Assembly: GCA_030646995.1 (NCBI GenBank)
Contig: JAUSKF010000005.1
Coordinates: 11,323 to 75,322, forward strand
Reading direction: 5' to 3'
DNA length: 64,000 nucleotides
Source of the DNA: a bacterium
GTDB lineage: Bacteria; Patescibacteriota; Minisyncoccia; UBA6257; WO2-44-18
Shown here: positions 44,199-53,735 of the stretch, in pieces
Numbering within the stretch: position 1 is the first letter of the stretch
Layout of the letters: each line of letters begins with the position of its first letter
Notes under the pieces: generated by a model
Told to the model about the DNA's origin: nothing
What the model saw: the letters and a program-made list of their open reading frames with translations, nothing else
Databases searched by the model: none
Translations under genes and position numbers: made by a program

Positions 44199-47100
44199 GT
44201 GGGACACAGTATGCTCGAAGGACTAAAAGAATTTAAACTTCCGGAAATCGAGGAGAAAGTCCTTAAATTCTGGAAAGAAAAGAAAATTTTTGAAAAATCT
44301 CTAAAAAACCGCGAAGGCGCTAAGCCCTTCCGGTTTTTTGAGGGTCCCCCAACTGCTAACGGCCGACCGGGCCTCCATCACGTACTTGCCCGCGCTTTTA
44401 AAGATATAGTTTGTCGCTATAAAACGATGCAGGGGTTTTTTGTGGGTCGCCGGGCCGGCTGGGATACTCACGGGCTGCCGGTCGAGTTGGAAGTTGAGAA
44501 AAAACTGGGGATTAAAAATAAAAGTGAGATTGAGAAGTTCGGAATCGCTGAATTTAACTCTCAAGCGAAAACCTCCGTTTGGACTTATAAATCTGAGTGG
44601 GAAAAGCTGACCGAGCGGATAGGATTTTGGTTGGATTTTGAGCATCCGTATACCACCTACGACAATTCATATATAGAAAGCCTCTGGTGGGTTTTTTCCT
44701 CAATCGCTAAAAAAGGATATTTAAAAAAACTCTACAAAATTGTGCCGTGGTGCCCGCGGTGTCAGACCCCTCTTTCCAGCCACGAACTAGGCCAGCCCGG
44801 CGCTTATAAGCTCACGAAAGACCCTTCGGTTTACGTGAAGTTTAAAATAAAGAAAAACGAATCTTTGTTGGTCTGGACTACGACTCCTTGGACTCTGCCG
44901 GCCAACGTCGCAGTGGCAGTCAATTCCAAGCTTACTTATACAAAATACAAAGTAGGCGATGAATTCGTCTGGTCATATAGCCCCCCACCTTCTCCAATGG
45001 CGGATGAGAACGGGAAGCAGCCGCAGGTGGAAGTAGTGGAAAAAATTTCCGGTAAGAAATTGGTTGGATTGAGATATGAACCGCTGTACAAATTAACAGG
45101 CGACCAACAACTAACGACAGACAATCACAAAGTGATCGCGGCAGATTTCGTTTCAACTGAAGAGGGAACCGGTCTAGTGCATATAGCTCCGGCTTTTGGA
45201 GAGGACGATTTACGGGTCGCAGGGAAAGATGCGGTGCCGGTCACAATTGATGACCGCGGCTTAATGAATAAAGGTTTGCCCGGAGCCGGAAGATTTATTA
45301 AGCAGGCCGATGCTGATATAATCGCCGATCTTCAAAAGCGCGGACTGCTTTACTCGCATGGCGAGATCGAGCATGAATATCCATTTTGTTGGAGATGTTC
45401 GACTCCGCTTATTTATTTCGCGCGCTTTTCTTGGTTTTTTGAAACCAGCAAGCTGAAAAAAGAATTTCTGGAAGCGAATAAAAAGATAAATTGGACTCCT
45501 GATCATATTCAAGAAGGGCGGTTTGGCGGCTGGTTGAAAGATCTCAAAGATTGGTCCATTTCCCGCAATCGTTATTGGGGTACGCCGATTCCGATTTGGG
45601 AATGCGCTAAAAATGAAGAGCACCGGCGAGTGATCGGCTCTTTAGAGGATCTCGATAAAAATCCCTATACGAAAAATAATTTCTTTATGGCTCGGCACTG
45701 CGAATCCGATCACAATGTGACCAATATTGTTGCGACCGGAGGAAAATGGAAGACTGCTTCCAAGCTGACTAAGAAGGGGTTAGAACAGGCCGAGAAGCTC
45801 GGCAAAGCTTTGGCTAAGAAAAAAATAGAGCTAATCTTCGCTTCGCCGTATTCCCGCACCCAGCAGACCGCGAAAATAATCGCTAAGCACACCGGAGCGA
45901 AGATAATCACCGATGAACGCCTAACGGAATTGAATACCGGAATTTTCAGTGGCCGCACGACCGAAGAATTTTTCGGTTTTTTCCAAAATAAATTGGAAGA
46001 GTTTACCAAAACTCCTCCCGGTGGAGAAAATTTAACTGATGCGAAAAAGCGGATGCTGGAAGCTCTGCGGGATATCAATTCTAAGTATGACGGCAAAAAT
46101 ATCTTGATCGTGAGCCACGGGCATCCGCTCTGGGCGATGTATGGCGCCGCCCAAGGGTGGACTAATCAGCAAATCGTTGATGGTTATTATCCGTTAGTTG
46201 GGGAGTATAAAGAGGTGGAATTGAAAAATTGGCCCTTCGATCGCAACGGGGAGTTGGATGTGCATCGCCCCTTTATCGATGAAGTCTTTTTGAAGTGCGA
46301 GGAGTGCGGTGGAAAGATGCAGCGCATCAAAGATGTGGCGGATGTTTGGTTTGATTCCGGTGCTATGCCTTTCGCTCAATGGCACTATCCTTTTGAAAAT
46401 AAAAAACTACTCGATAAGGGCGAGCAGTTTCCGGCCGACTACATCGCCGAAGGCATTGACCAGACCCGCGGCTGGTTCTATACCCTACTCGCGGTCTCTA
46501 CTTTGCTTGGCAAGGGCTTGTCGTATAAAAATGTAATTTGTCTTGGTTTGTTGTTGGATAAGAATGGGCAGAAAATGTCCAAGTCCAAAGGTAATGTGGT
46601 GGATCCGTGGCAAATAATTCAGAAATATGGGTCAGATGTGGTACGTTGGTATTTTTACACAGTGAATCCTCCCGGCGAACCGAAGCGTTTTGATGAGTTG
46701 GATCTCGGAAAGACCCTGCGGAAGATTTTTATGCTCGCCTATAACTCCTTCGTCTTCTATAGCACCTATGGGAAAGATAAATCGAAGCCAAATGTAGTTT
46801 TGGATCAGTGGATAACTTCCCGCTTGCACGAAACTGCCGAAATCGCGACTGCCCATTTGGATAAATATGCCATCGGAGATGCCGCTAAAGTAATTGAAGC
46901 CTTCGTGGACGATCTTTCAAGGTGGTATATCCGCCGGTCCCGTAAAAATGTGTCGGGAAAAACTTTAAAAATGGTTTTGGAAACTTTGGCAAAGCTAATG
47001 GCCCCATTTGCGCCGTTTTTCGGAGAGGCGCTTTGGCAATCACTAACAACAAACGACAAACGACAAACGAACAGCGTTCATTTGGTTGACTGGCCAAAAA

Positions 47101-47657
47101 GTCAGAAGTTGTCAGTCGTAAGTCGTAAGTTGCTTGAGAGTATGGCCGAGGTGCGGCATCTGGCGAGTTTGGCGCTAGCGGAAAGAGAAAAGGCGGGTAT
47201 CAAGGTGCGCCAGCCGTTAAATAAGTTAAACGTTAAAAGCGAAAAGTTAAAAAATTCGGATAAGGAATTGTTGGCTATCCTAGCTGATGAGGTGAATGTG
47301 AAAGAAGTTGTTTGCAATCCAAAATTAAATCCGCCATCCGCCCTTTCTGGCGGAGGCGGAGAAGTGGAATTGGATACCAACATCACTCCCGAGTTACGTG
47401 AAGAGGGAATTATGCGCGACCTCGCCAGAATGATTCAGGGCTTGCGTGGCGATGCTAATTACCAGCCGAAAGATATCGTTATCGTCAGTTTGGAACTGCC
47501 GGCGGAGCTGATGGCGGTAGTGGAAAAGCGCTCTGCTCAATTGAAGTCTGACGTGAAAGCCAAATCTATTGAATTCAAAAAAGCGGCAAAATTTGACGCT
47601 GAATTAACCTCGAAAATTGAGAATTGGCCGGTTTGGGTAGGCGTTCGGAAGGGGTAG
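44199..47657 (+). CDS. ileS: Isoleucine--tRNA ligase with an in-frame inserted histidine-phosphatase (PGM-like) domain
   Basis: HIGH-equivalent region PPTANGRPGLHH, editing domain, KMSKS as KMSKSKG, zinc knuckle CEECGG. About 200 extra residues between ...WGTPIPIW and ...DVWFDSG contain RHCESDHN and SHGHPLW motifs. Confidence 0.9.
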   Translation: MGHSMLEGLKEFKLPEIEEKVLKFWKEKKIFEKSLKNREGAKPFRFFEGPPTANGRPGLHHVLARAFKDIVCRYKTMQGFFVGRRAGWDTHGLPVELEVEKKLGIKNKSEIEKFGIAEFNSQAKTSVWTYKSEWEKLTERIGFWLDFEHPYTTYDNSYIESLWWVFSSIAKKGYLKKLYKIVPWCPRCQTPLSSHELGQPGAYKLTKDPSVYVKFKIKKNESLLVWTTTPWTLPANVAVAVNSKLTYTKYKVGDEFVWSYSPPPSPMADENGKQPQVEVVEKISGKKLVGLRYEPLYKLTGDQQLTTDNHKVIAADFVSTEEGTGLVHIAPAFGEDDLRVAGKDAVPVTIDDRGLMNKGLPGAGRFIKQADADIIADLQKRGLLYSHGEIEHEYPFCWRCSTPLIYFARFSWFFETSKLKKEFLEANKKINWTPDHIQEGRFGGWLKDLKDWSISRNRYWGTPIPIWECAKNEEHRRVIGSLEDLDKNPYTKNNFFMARHCESDHNVTNIVATGGKWKTASKLTKKGLEQAEKLGKALAKKKIELIFASPYSRTQQTAKIIAKHTGAKIITDERLTELNTGIFSGRTTEEFFGFFQNKLEEFTKTPPGGENLTDAKKRMLEALRDINSKYDGKNILIVSHGHPLWAMYGAAQGWTNQQIVDGYYPLVGEYKEVELKNWPFDRNGELDVHRPFIDEVFLKCEECGGKMQRIKDVADVWFDSGAMPFAQWHYPFENKKLLDKGEQFPADYIAEGIDQTRGWFYTLLAVSTLLGKGLSYKNVICLGLLLDKNGQKMSKSKGNVVDPWQIIQKYGSDVVRWYFYTVNPPGEPKRFDELDLGKTLRKIFMLAYNSFVFYSTYGKDKSKPNVVLDQWITSRLHETAEIATAHLDKYAIGDAAKVIEAFVDDLSRWYIRRSRKNVSGKTLKMVLETLAKLMAPFAPFFGEALWQSLTTNDKRQTNSVHLVDWPKSQKLSVVSRKLLESMAEVRHLASLALAEREKAGIKVRQPLNKLNVKSEKLKNSDKELLAILADEVNVKEVVCNPKLNPPSALSGGGGEVELDTNITPELREEGIMRDLARMIQGLRGDANYQPKDIVIVSLELPAELMAVVEKRSAQLKSDVKAKSIEFKKAAKFDAELTSKIENWPVWVGVRKG

Positions 47658-47830
47658 GTTTTTGTTTCTGCCTTTTCCATCCGCCCAAAACGAAGGCAGA
47701 CAGTTTATCCGGAACATCCCGGAGGCGGTTTAGTTCGTTCGTTATCTATCGAACGATAAACCGTCGAGGGCGAAGAAAATCCGCTAATAAGCGGATTATT
47801 CTGTTTCCGGGGAACTGTCTGGCGGAGTAG

Positions 47831-47859
47831 TTGACAAATAGGCTCACTTATGCTATATT
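47831..47859 (+). promoter_or_regulatory. Near-consensus sigma70 promoter TTGACA-N17-TATATT
   Basis: Seen directly, about 50 bp upstream of ORF 47909 with SD TAGGAGATGAG. Confidence 0.5.
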
Positions 47860-47908
47860 TATTGAAGTCAATTGCACTTTCAAAAACCCCATTTTTAGGA
47901 GATGAGTC

Positions 47909-48685
47909 ATGATCCAGACTGTTGTTGTGGACACGAGGAAGTTTCTTGAAGGGGCGCTAACGCCAATTCAAGAAGAGCAAGAGATGGAGCTTGAATGCCT
48001 TCGCGCCGAAGAGGCTCGGCTGGAGGTAATCCACCAAGCAGAGAAGACCGGTGGATGGACTTCGGTACGGCAGGCGATGATGCTGATGGGCTCGCATTGC
48101 GTGGGACTGAAGCAGATCATCGATCGTTTCGGCTTGAGTCTCCTGCCTCATGAAGTTCGAGGTCTGGAGATCGTGAACTATCCAGAGGACATGCTCTGGA
48201 GCCTGCGCAATTCGCATCTGCTGATTGCGGGCGCGCCGGTGACTATGCTCGAGATTAGGCAGGCGGCCTGCAAGAGGCAGAAAGACCAGAAGCTCGGAGA
48301 TTTCTCATACGACGACCAGTTTTTCGCCATTCGTGAGATGCAGGCGAGGTGGTACCTGGTTTCGCGTGAAATCACCCGTAACTCGCTCTATCGGACGATG
48401 CGGGACCATGACGAGCGAATTTTCAACAATCCGATGCATGAGCGTCTTGGCGCTCCGGAGCTCGCCTATGTCGCTTCGGTTTCCCGGTTGATCGTGGGTG
48501 AGCCGATGCTCCAGAACGTCGCTGCTTTCACCAGCGATTCCGTTTCCGACGAGTGCGGGCGGAAGTGCCCGGTCTTCGTCGGATTCTCCGGCGAGTTCGG
48601 GGTTGCGGTTGGGACCTGTGCCGGTGATCGTCCGATGGCCAACATCGGAGCGATCGTCAGCGTCCGGCCCTGCGCCAAGAAGTAG
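47909..48685 (+). CDS. Hypothetical protein (G+C-rich orphan, 258 aa, Cys/Gly-rich C-terminus)
   Basis: Own promoter, SD and terminator. No recognisable motif. Confidence 0.4.
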   Translation: MIQTVVVDTRKFLEGALTPIQEEQEMELECLRAEEARLEVIHQAEKTGGWTSVRQAMMLMGSHCVGLKQIIDRFGLSLLPHEVRGLEIVNYPEDMLWSLRNSHLLIAGAPVTMLEIRQAACKRQKDQKLGDFSYDDQFFAIREMQARWYLVSREITRNSLYRTMRDHDERIFNNPMHERLGAPELAYVASVSRLIVGEPMLQNVAAFTSDSVSDECGRKCPVFVGFSGEFGVAVGTCAGDRPMANIGAIVSVRPCAKK

Positions 48686-48713
48686 AGGCGCCGGAGATGG
48701 AAGAGTAAGCAGA

Positions 48714-48747
48714 CACCCGAGAGAGGTTCTCTCTCGGGTGTTTTTTA
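48714..48747 (+). terminator. Intrinsic terminator CACCCGAGAGAG-GTTC-TCTCTCGGGTG plus T6
   Basis: Seen directly. Confidence 0.6.
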
Positions 48748-48806
48748 TTTGTAAATAATAGACCTTCTTGTTATAAAGTTATCAGTTCGTTGAAGAGGAG
48801 GTTGGG

Positions 48807-49769
48807 ATGGAAAACGAAGTTGAAGTGACCCAGACGTTCTATCCAAAGAAGTTTAATTGGAAAGGATGGGCGATTACTGCCGGAACCTTCGTGTTATTTG
48901 TTGTCGCTTATTCCACTCTTCTTGAATGGAAGGCTGCGCTGATGTTCTCGGTTTTTCTGTTTATCCATGAAATGGGTCATCTGGTGCTCTGCTGGCGGAA
49001 GAAGGCGATGGCCACACCGCCCATTTTCATTCCTTTCATAGGAGCCTTGATTAAGATTGACCCGACGAAATTCACCACAGTGGATGAAGCCGAGGTCGGT
49101 TATGGAGGGCCTTTTTGGGGTTCGGTTGCTGCTGCGGTTGGGATGCTAATCTGGACTTTACTGCCCTCTCATCCGGAATTTTTGCTCTGGTCGAGCGCCT
49201 TCGCTTTGGCGCTAAACTTTATCAACTTGGTTCCTCTCCGTCCTTTGGATGGTGGGCGGATTACCCAGGTGATTAGCGGTTGGTTTCGTTACCTTGGCCT
49301 GCTGGTGGTGTTGGCAGTTGTCATATTCGTACCCGCCAATCCCGCACTCTGGCTGGTGGTCGCGTTGATTATCTATGGGCAGGACGAGAACGGACTACTA
49401 TTCAAAGGAGCAGCTACTTTGCTGATTGGCGCGGCGATGGTTGTGATGATGAGTTTCGCCGAAAATCCGGCGAAGATATTGTGGGCCCTTCCTGTGTTTC
49501 TGGGCTATCTGCATCTTTCTACCGTCAGCAACATTTATAAGCTCTGGAAATTTAAAAATAAATTGAGTCAGTTGGAAGATGAGAAGAAGTTGACTGATAT
49601 TGCCGATTGGCGGAACAGGGCCGATGCCCTTCTCTACGGCGCTCAAAAACCATTGCCGTCTGTGCGCGTCCGACTCAAGTGGCTGGCCTACTACCTTCTG
49701 CTGGCTGTTATGTTGTTGGCGCTGATGTATTGGGCGTTTGCTTCCATAATGGCTTTTCTCCAGCAGTAA
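48807..49769 (+). CDS. M50-family (site-2 protease-like) membrane metallopeptidase
   Basis: HEMGH within a TM helix and downstream NLVPLRPLDGG (LDG motif). C-terminal coiled-coil and TM. Confidence 0.65.
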   Translation: MENEVEVTQTFYPKKFNWKGWAITAGTFVLFVVAYSTLLEWKAALMFSVFLFIHEMGHLVLCWRKKAMATPPIFIPFIGALIKIDPTKFTTVDEAEVGYGGPFWGSVAAAVGMLIWTLLPSHPEFLLWSSAFALALNFINLVPLRPLDGGRITQVISGWFRYLGLLVVLAVVIFVPANPALWLVVALIIYGQDENGLLFKGAATLLIGAAMVVMMSFAENPAKILWALPVFLGYLHLSTVSNIYKLWKFKNKLSQLEDEKKLTDIADWRNRADALLYGAQKPLPSVRVRLKWLAYYLLLAVMLLALMYWAFASIMAFLQQ

Positions 49770-49782
49770 ATAAAAAATCGGC

Positions 49783-50799
49783 CTAAAGGCCGATTTTCTT
49801 TTTTACCTCCGCCATTTTCTTTTCGGCGGATTTTTTTGCTTTGGATGCTCCGGCGCGCAAAGCAGATTTTAGGCTGACCGGTTTTTTTATCAAGGCCAAT
49901 TTCTTTTTACGGAAGGGGGCGAAATATTCAATCAGATAATCTGAAAGCGAATGCTTTAATTCCCCATAGTTCATTCCGGAAAATCCGTCAGCTAACTCCT
50001 CGATGGATTTTCCCGAGACTGCCGACATCATCCCCAGCATATTCGAAATGCCCGGCTTATTTTTCGGGTCATATTTTATTTCGTTGCCGGAATCAGTGAC
50101 GGCGGTGCGGACTTTCGATTCAATGATTTCCGGAGCGTCATCGATGAAAAGGCAGCCTCCCGGCCGGGATTTGGACATTTTTTTGGACGGATCATCTAAG
50201 CTCATTACTCGAGCGGTCTTTGTCATCACCGCCTGCGGCTCCGGGAAAGTTTCTCCAAAACGAGTATTGAATTTTCGTGCAAGGGTGCGAGCCAGTTCTA
50301 GATGTTGGAGCTGATCTTCACCGACCGGAACGAATTTTGCGTCATATAGCAAAATATCCGCCGCCATTAGAACCGGATAGGTGAATAGGCCAACGTTTAT
50401 ATTTTCTTTTTGAGTCGAAGCTTTGTCTTTGAATTGAGTCATTCTCTGCAATTCACCGAAAGGCGTTACTGTTTCTAGGATTTTCGCTAATTCTACAGAT
50501 TCCGGCACGGCGGATTGTACGAAAATTTTGGATTTTTTCGGGTCCAGACCAGCGGCGAGATAATCGGCGGCCAAATTAAGGATTTGTTCCTGTTTTTGCT
50601 GCGGGTCGAAGTTTTCGGTTAGTGAATGATAATCAGCAATGAAAAAATAGCAGTCGTATTTTCCGGAATTTTGCAGGGCAACGAAATTTTTCAGCGCGCC
50701 TAAATAGTTACCGATATGCAATCGGCCTGTTGGTTGGATTCCCGACACCAAGACTGGTTTACTCATACAGAAATTATACTTTAAGTGACTGCAAAACAA
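49783..50799 (-). CDS. trpS: Tryptophan--tRNA ligase
   Basis: SGIQPTGRLHIGNYLG (HIGH region) and KMSKSRP (KMSKS). The real start is likely the internal Met MSKPVLV. Confidence 0.9.
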   Translation of the reverse strand: MFCSHLKYNFCMSKPVLVSGIQPTGRLHIGNYLGALKNFVALQNSGKYDCYFFIADYHSLTENFDPQQKQEQILNLAADYLAAGLDPKKSKIFVQSAVPESVELAKILETVTPFGELQRMTQFKDKASTQKENINVGLFTYPVLMAADILLYDAKFVPVGEDQLQHLELARTLARKFNTRFGETFPEPQAVMTKTARVMSLDDPSKKMSKSRPGGCLFIDDAPEIIESKVRTAVTDSGNEIKYDPKNKPGISNMLGMMSAVSGKSIEELADGFSGMNYGELKHSLSDYLIEYFAPFRKKKLALIKKPVSLKSALRAGASKAKKSAEKKMAEVKKKIGL

Positions 50800-50838
50800 A
50801 AAGCGCCCCTCGGGGCGCTTTTTGCGATCTTTGTGATT

Positions 50839-52638
50839 TTAGATCTCGATCACTACCGGCAGAATCATTGGCCGACGCTTGGTTCTAGTATACAAAAGTT
50901 GGCCGACTTGATCGCGTATCAGAGTTTTCAGATAATCAGCTTCAACGCTCTTGTTGTGTGGCACCCTTTCGAGCACTCCGCGGATTTTACGGCGGATTTC
51001 GTTGAGCAGCTCCTGATTTTCTTTCAACAGAATAAAGCCACGGGAAATAATGTCGGGGTTTTTCAGGATCTTTCCGTCGGAGCGGCTGACGGTGGTGATA
51101 ATCACTACCATGCCTTCCTGAGAAAGCATGCGGCGATCACGCAACACGACTTCTTCCACGTCGCCCACGCCCAAGCCGTCTACCATTACATAGAAAGCCG
51201 GCACTTCTTCTTTGCTGACAACGAAGGTGTCTTTAGTAATCAAAGCTACCTGACCATTGTCCATCATGATGGTATTCGCTTTTGGAATACCTACAGACTG
51301 CGCCAATTTGGCAGTGTGTTTTCTCATGAAGTAATAGGCGTGCACCGGCACTACGAATTTCGGTTTGACCATTTTCACAACCAGCTTCAAGTCTTCTGAG
51401 TGAGCGTGTCCGCTGGCGTGAATATCCAGCAGTTTAGAGTTGTAGATTTCATCTACCTGACGGGCGACGTTGTCTTGCAGGGCTTGAACGCTCCGTTCAT
51501 TGCCCGGAACTACCGAAGAAGAAAAGATAACCGTGTCAGTTGGTTTGAGTCGCATAGTTTTATGCTCTCCGGTTACGATTTTCATCAATCCGGCGTTTGG
51601 CTCGCCCTGCGCTCCAGTAGTTAATACCAAAACCTGATTGTCTTTGTACTTATCGATTTCTTCAATCGTAATAATCTGATCTTTCCGAGTTTTGATGTAG
51701 CCGGTAGTCATTGCGATTTGGACGTTATCTTTCATTGAGCGTCCGTTGAGCGCCACCTTGCGGCCCAAACGATCGGCAATTTTCAAGATTTCCGCGATGC
51801 GAGTCATCAAAGAGGCGAAGGTGCCTACGATGATTCTGCCTTTTGCGCCCACAAAGAGTTTTTCCAGATTTTCTTCGATATTTTTTTCCGACAGAGAAAA
51901 TCCTTCGCGAATGGAATTGGTGCTATCCAGAAAGACGGTGTGGATATTCATTGTTCCCAATCTTTCAAAGATTTCGAGGTTAATCGGCTTTCCGTCTTGG
52001 GTAGTGTCCAAGCGGAAGTCGCCGAAATTGACCATTTTTCCCGCCGGGGTATCAATACAGATTCCAAGAGCATCCGGAATCGTGTGGGAAATATCGAAAA
52101 ACTCCACGGTGAAATTTTCCGAGACTTTTATCTTGTCGCCATTTTTTACCACCACGAATTTCGGCTTGGAGACGTTCGGGAATTCGCTAAAACGGCGCTC
52201 AATTAAGTGGCGCGTAAAGCCGGCGGTGTAAATCGTCGGGCTGCCCATCTTGTCGTAGAGATAGGGAAGGGCGTGAATGTGGTCGTAGTGGCCGTGCGTG
52301 AAAATAATTCCTTTTACGTTTTGTTTTTTTTGCTCAAGGTAGGCGACGTTCGGAATAATGTAGTCTACTCCCGGGGTTTCTTCTTCCGGAAATTGAATAC
52401 CGACATCGATTACGATGATTTCGTTTTTATATTCGAAAAAGGCGCAGTTGCGGCCGATTTCTTCGAGTCCGCCCAGCGGAACGAACCGCAAGGTGTCTGA
52501 CGTTTCGGTTTTTGGGGCTACGACTTTTACTGCCACCGGAATTGGGGCTTTCAGCGGGACTCCGCTACGGACACCGGAACTAACTGGGGCGCTTGGCGCG
52601 GCCGGAGTTCTCGGTCTGATTGTTGGGACTTTTATCAT
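50839..52638 (-). CDS. rnj: Ribonuclease J
   Basis: MBL HGHYDHIHALP, beta-CASP and RNase J C-terminal domain. P/A/S-rich N-terminal extension. Confidence 0.85.
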   Translation of the reverse strand: MIKVPTIRPRTPAAPSAPVSSGVRSGVPLKAPIPVAVKVVAPKTETSDTLRFVPLGGLEEIGRNCAFFEYKNEIIVIDVGIQFPEEETPGVDYIIPNVAYLEQKKQNVKGIIFTHGHYDHIHALPYLYDKMGSPTIYTAGFTRHLIERRFSEFPNVSKPKFVVVKNGDKIKVSENFTVEFFDISHTIPDALGICIDTPAGKMVNFGDFRLDTTQDGKPINLEIFERLGTMNIHTVFLDSTNSIREGFSLSEKNIEENLEKLFVGAKGRIIVGTFASLMTRIAEILKIADRLGRKVALNGRSMKDNVQIAMTTGYIKTRKDQIITIEEIDKYKDNQVLVLTTGAQGEPNAGLMKIVTGEHKTMRLKPTDTVIFSSSVVPGNERSVQALQDNVARQVDEIYNSKLLDIHASGHAHSEDLKLVVKMVKPKFVVPVHAYYFMRKHTAKLAQSVGIPKANTIMMDNGQVALITKDTFVVSKEEVPAFYVMVDGLGVGDVEEVVLRDRRMLSQEGMVVIITTVSRSDGKILKNPDIISRGFILLKENQELLNEIRRKIRGVLERVPHNKSVEADYLKTLIRDQVGQLLYTRTKRRPMILPVVIEI

Positions 52639-52726
52639 ACTGACGTTTATATTTTTTTATTTTTGTATTACCCAAACACAGCTTATATATGTAGGGTTTT
52701 TCGACTTTTGAGATTTTTTCTCAAAG

Positions 52727-52809
52727 TGCTCTCGAGAGGATTCGAACCTCCATGCCCTTGCGAGCGTACGCACCTGAAGCGTATGTGTCTGCCGTTCCAC
52801 CACGAGAGC
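52727..52809 (-). tRNA. tRNA-Leu (anticodon CAG), class II with long variable arm
   Basis: Hand fold of the minus strand: acceptor GCTCTCG/CGAGAGC, anticodon arm TACGC-TTCAGGT-GCGTA, about 15-nt variable arm, T arm GGAGG-TTCGAAT-CCTCT. 83 nt. Confidence 0.8.
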
Positions 52810-52963
52810 GGTGTGGTTAATTTCGTGTAAAAGAATGTATGGGGAGGCCGGAAACAAAGGAGAAATTAACGTTACTTACATTATATAGGAGGAAAATGAC
52901 AAAGTCAAGGGCTCGTTAAATTTCTTGCCAAAAGCGGGATTTACGGCTAAATTACCAAGTATT

Positions 52964-53035
52964 GCCGATGTAGCTCAGTGGTAGAGCAGGGTTTTCATAA
53001 GACCAAGGTCGGAGGTTCGATCCCTCCCATCGGCA
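52964..53035 (+). tRNA. tRNA-Met (anticodon CAT), elongator-type or tRNA-Ile2
   Basis: Acceptor GCCGATG/CATCGGC with G1-C72 paired, D arm GCTC-AGTGGTA-GAGC, anticodon loop TTCATAA, T arm GGAGG-TTCGATC-CCTCC. Terminator ACACCCC-GGGA-GGGGTGT plus T follows. Confidence 0.8.
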
Positions 53036-53066
53036 CAAAAATAAACACCCCGGGAGGGGTGTTTTG

Positions 53067-53714
53067 TTATTCTGCTCTTTCGAATGAAGCCATTCCATAC
53101 GTCGGTTTGCCGGCGGAGGAAAGTTCAGAAGAGGAAAGAGTCGGGTGATGTTCCCGGACGCTTCCATTGCCGAGCAAGAGGGCCGGAATTAAGTTTTTTT
53201 CAATCCGCGAGCCGCCGACGTCAATCCGGGTGTTTTCGTTGATGACATGAATATCTTCTCGGAAGATTGCCAGCACCAAAGCAGTGTGGGCAGGGAAGCG
53301 TCGGGAATCAGAGAGTTTTTGGATTGCCGTTTCTGGAGAAATTCCACGCATCGCCCGGCCATCGTCTATTCCGTAGCACCAATACATAAATTTTTTGGGA
53401 AGGGGGACTACATTTTCATGTGCTTGGAGTTGCCGCATCTCCAACCTGCTCACAATCCCAAGAAGGGCACATTGCTTGGTCAGGCTGATGAAGGTCTCCG
53501 AAATCACCAGAATTCCTCCAACTTTCGGTTTGCCGGCGCACTCTTCAAATTCACCCTCGGTTATTCCGGCTGCTTCATGAAATTGCAACTTAATTAGCTT
53601 TTCTACCTGCATAGGTGTTGTGGGTCCCATCTGTCGCCCCCTTTCTTCATAGGTCCCCGTTTCTCTGTAGTTAAGGTACTCACGGAGCATAAAACATCCG
53701 TTTGATAAATTCAA
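53067..53714 (-). CDS. Hypothetical protein flanked by tRNA genes
   Basis: The best SD (AAGGGGGCGACAG) precedes the internal Met at about 53630. No motif recognised. Confidence 0.35.
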   Translation of the reverse strand: MNLSNGCFMLREYLNYRETGTYEERGRQMGPTTPMQVEKLIKLQFHEAAGITEGEFEECAGKPKVGGILVISETFISLTKQCALLGIVSRLEMRQLQAHENVVPLPKKFMYWCYGIDDGRAMRGISPETAIQKLSDSRRFPAHTALVLAIFREDIHVINENTRIDVGGSRIEKNLIPALLLGNGSVREHHPTLSSSELSSAGKPTYGMASFERAE

Positions 53715-53735
53715 TTCCTTGTGGTAATATTCGGG

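Noticed and set aside
50785-52500. Plus-strand ORFs (50785..51399, 51746..52231, 52207..52500) opposite RNase J and trpS
   Set aside because: Antisense to well-supported genes. No motifs.
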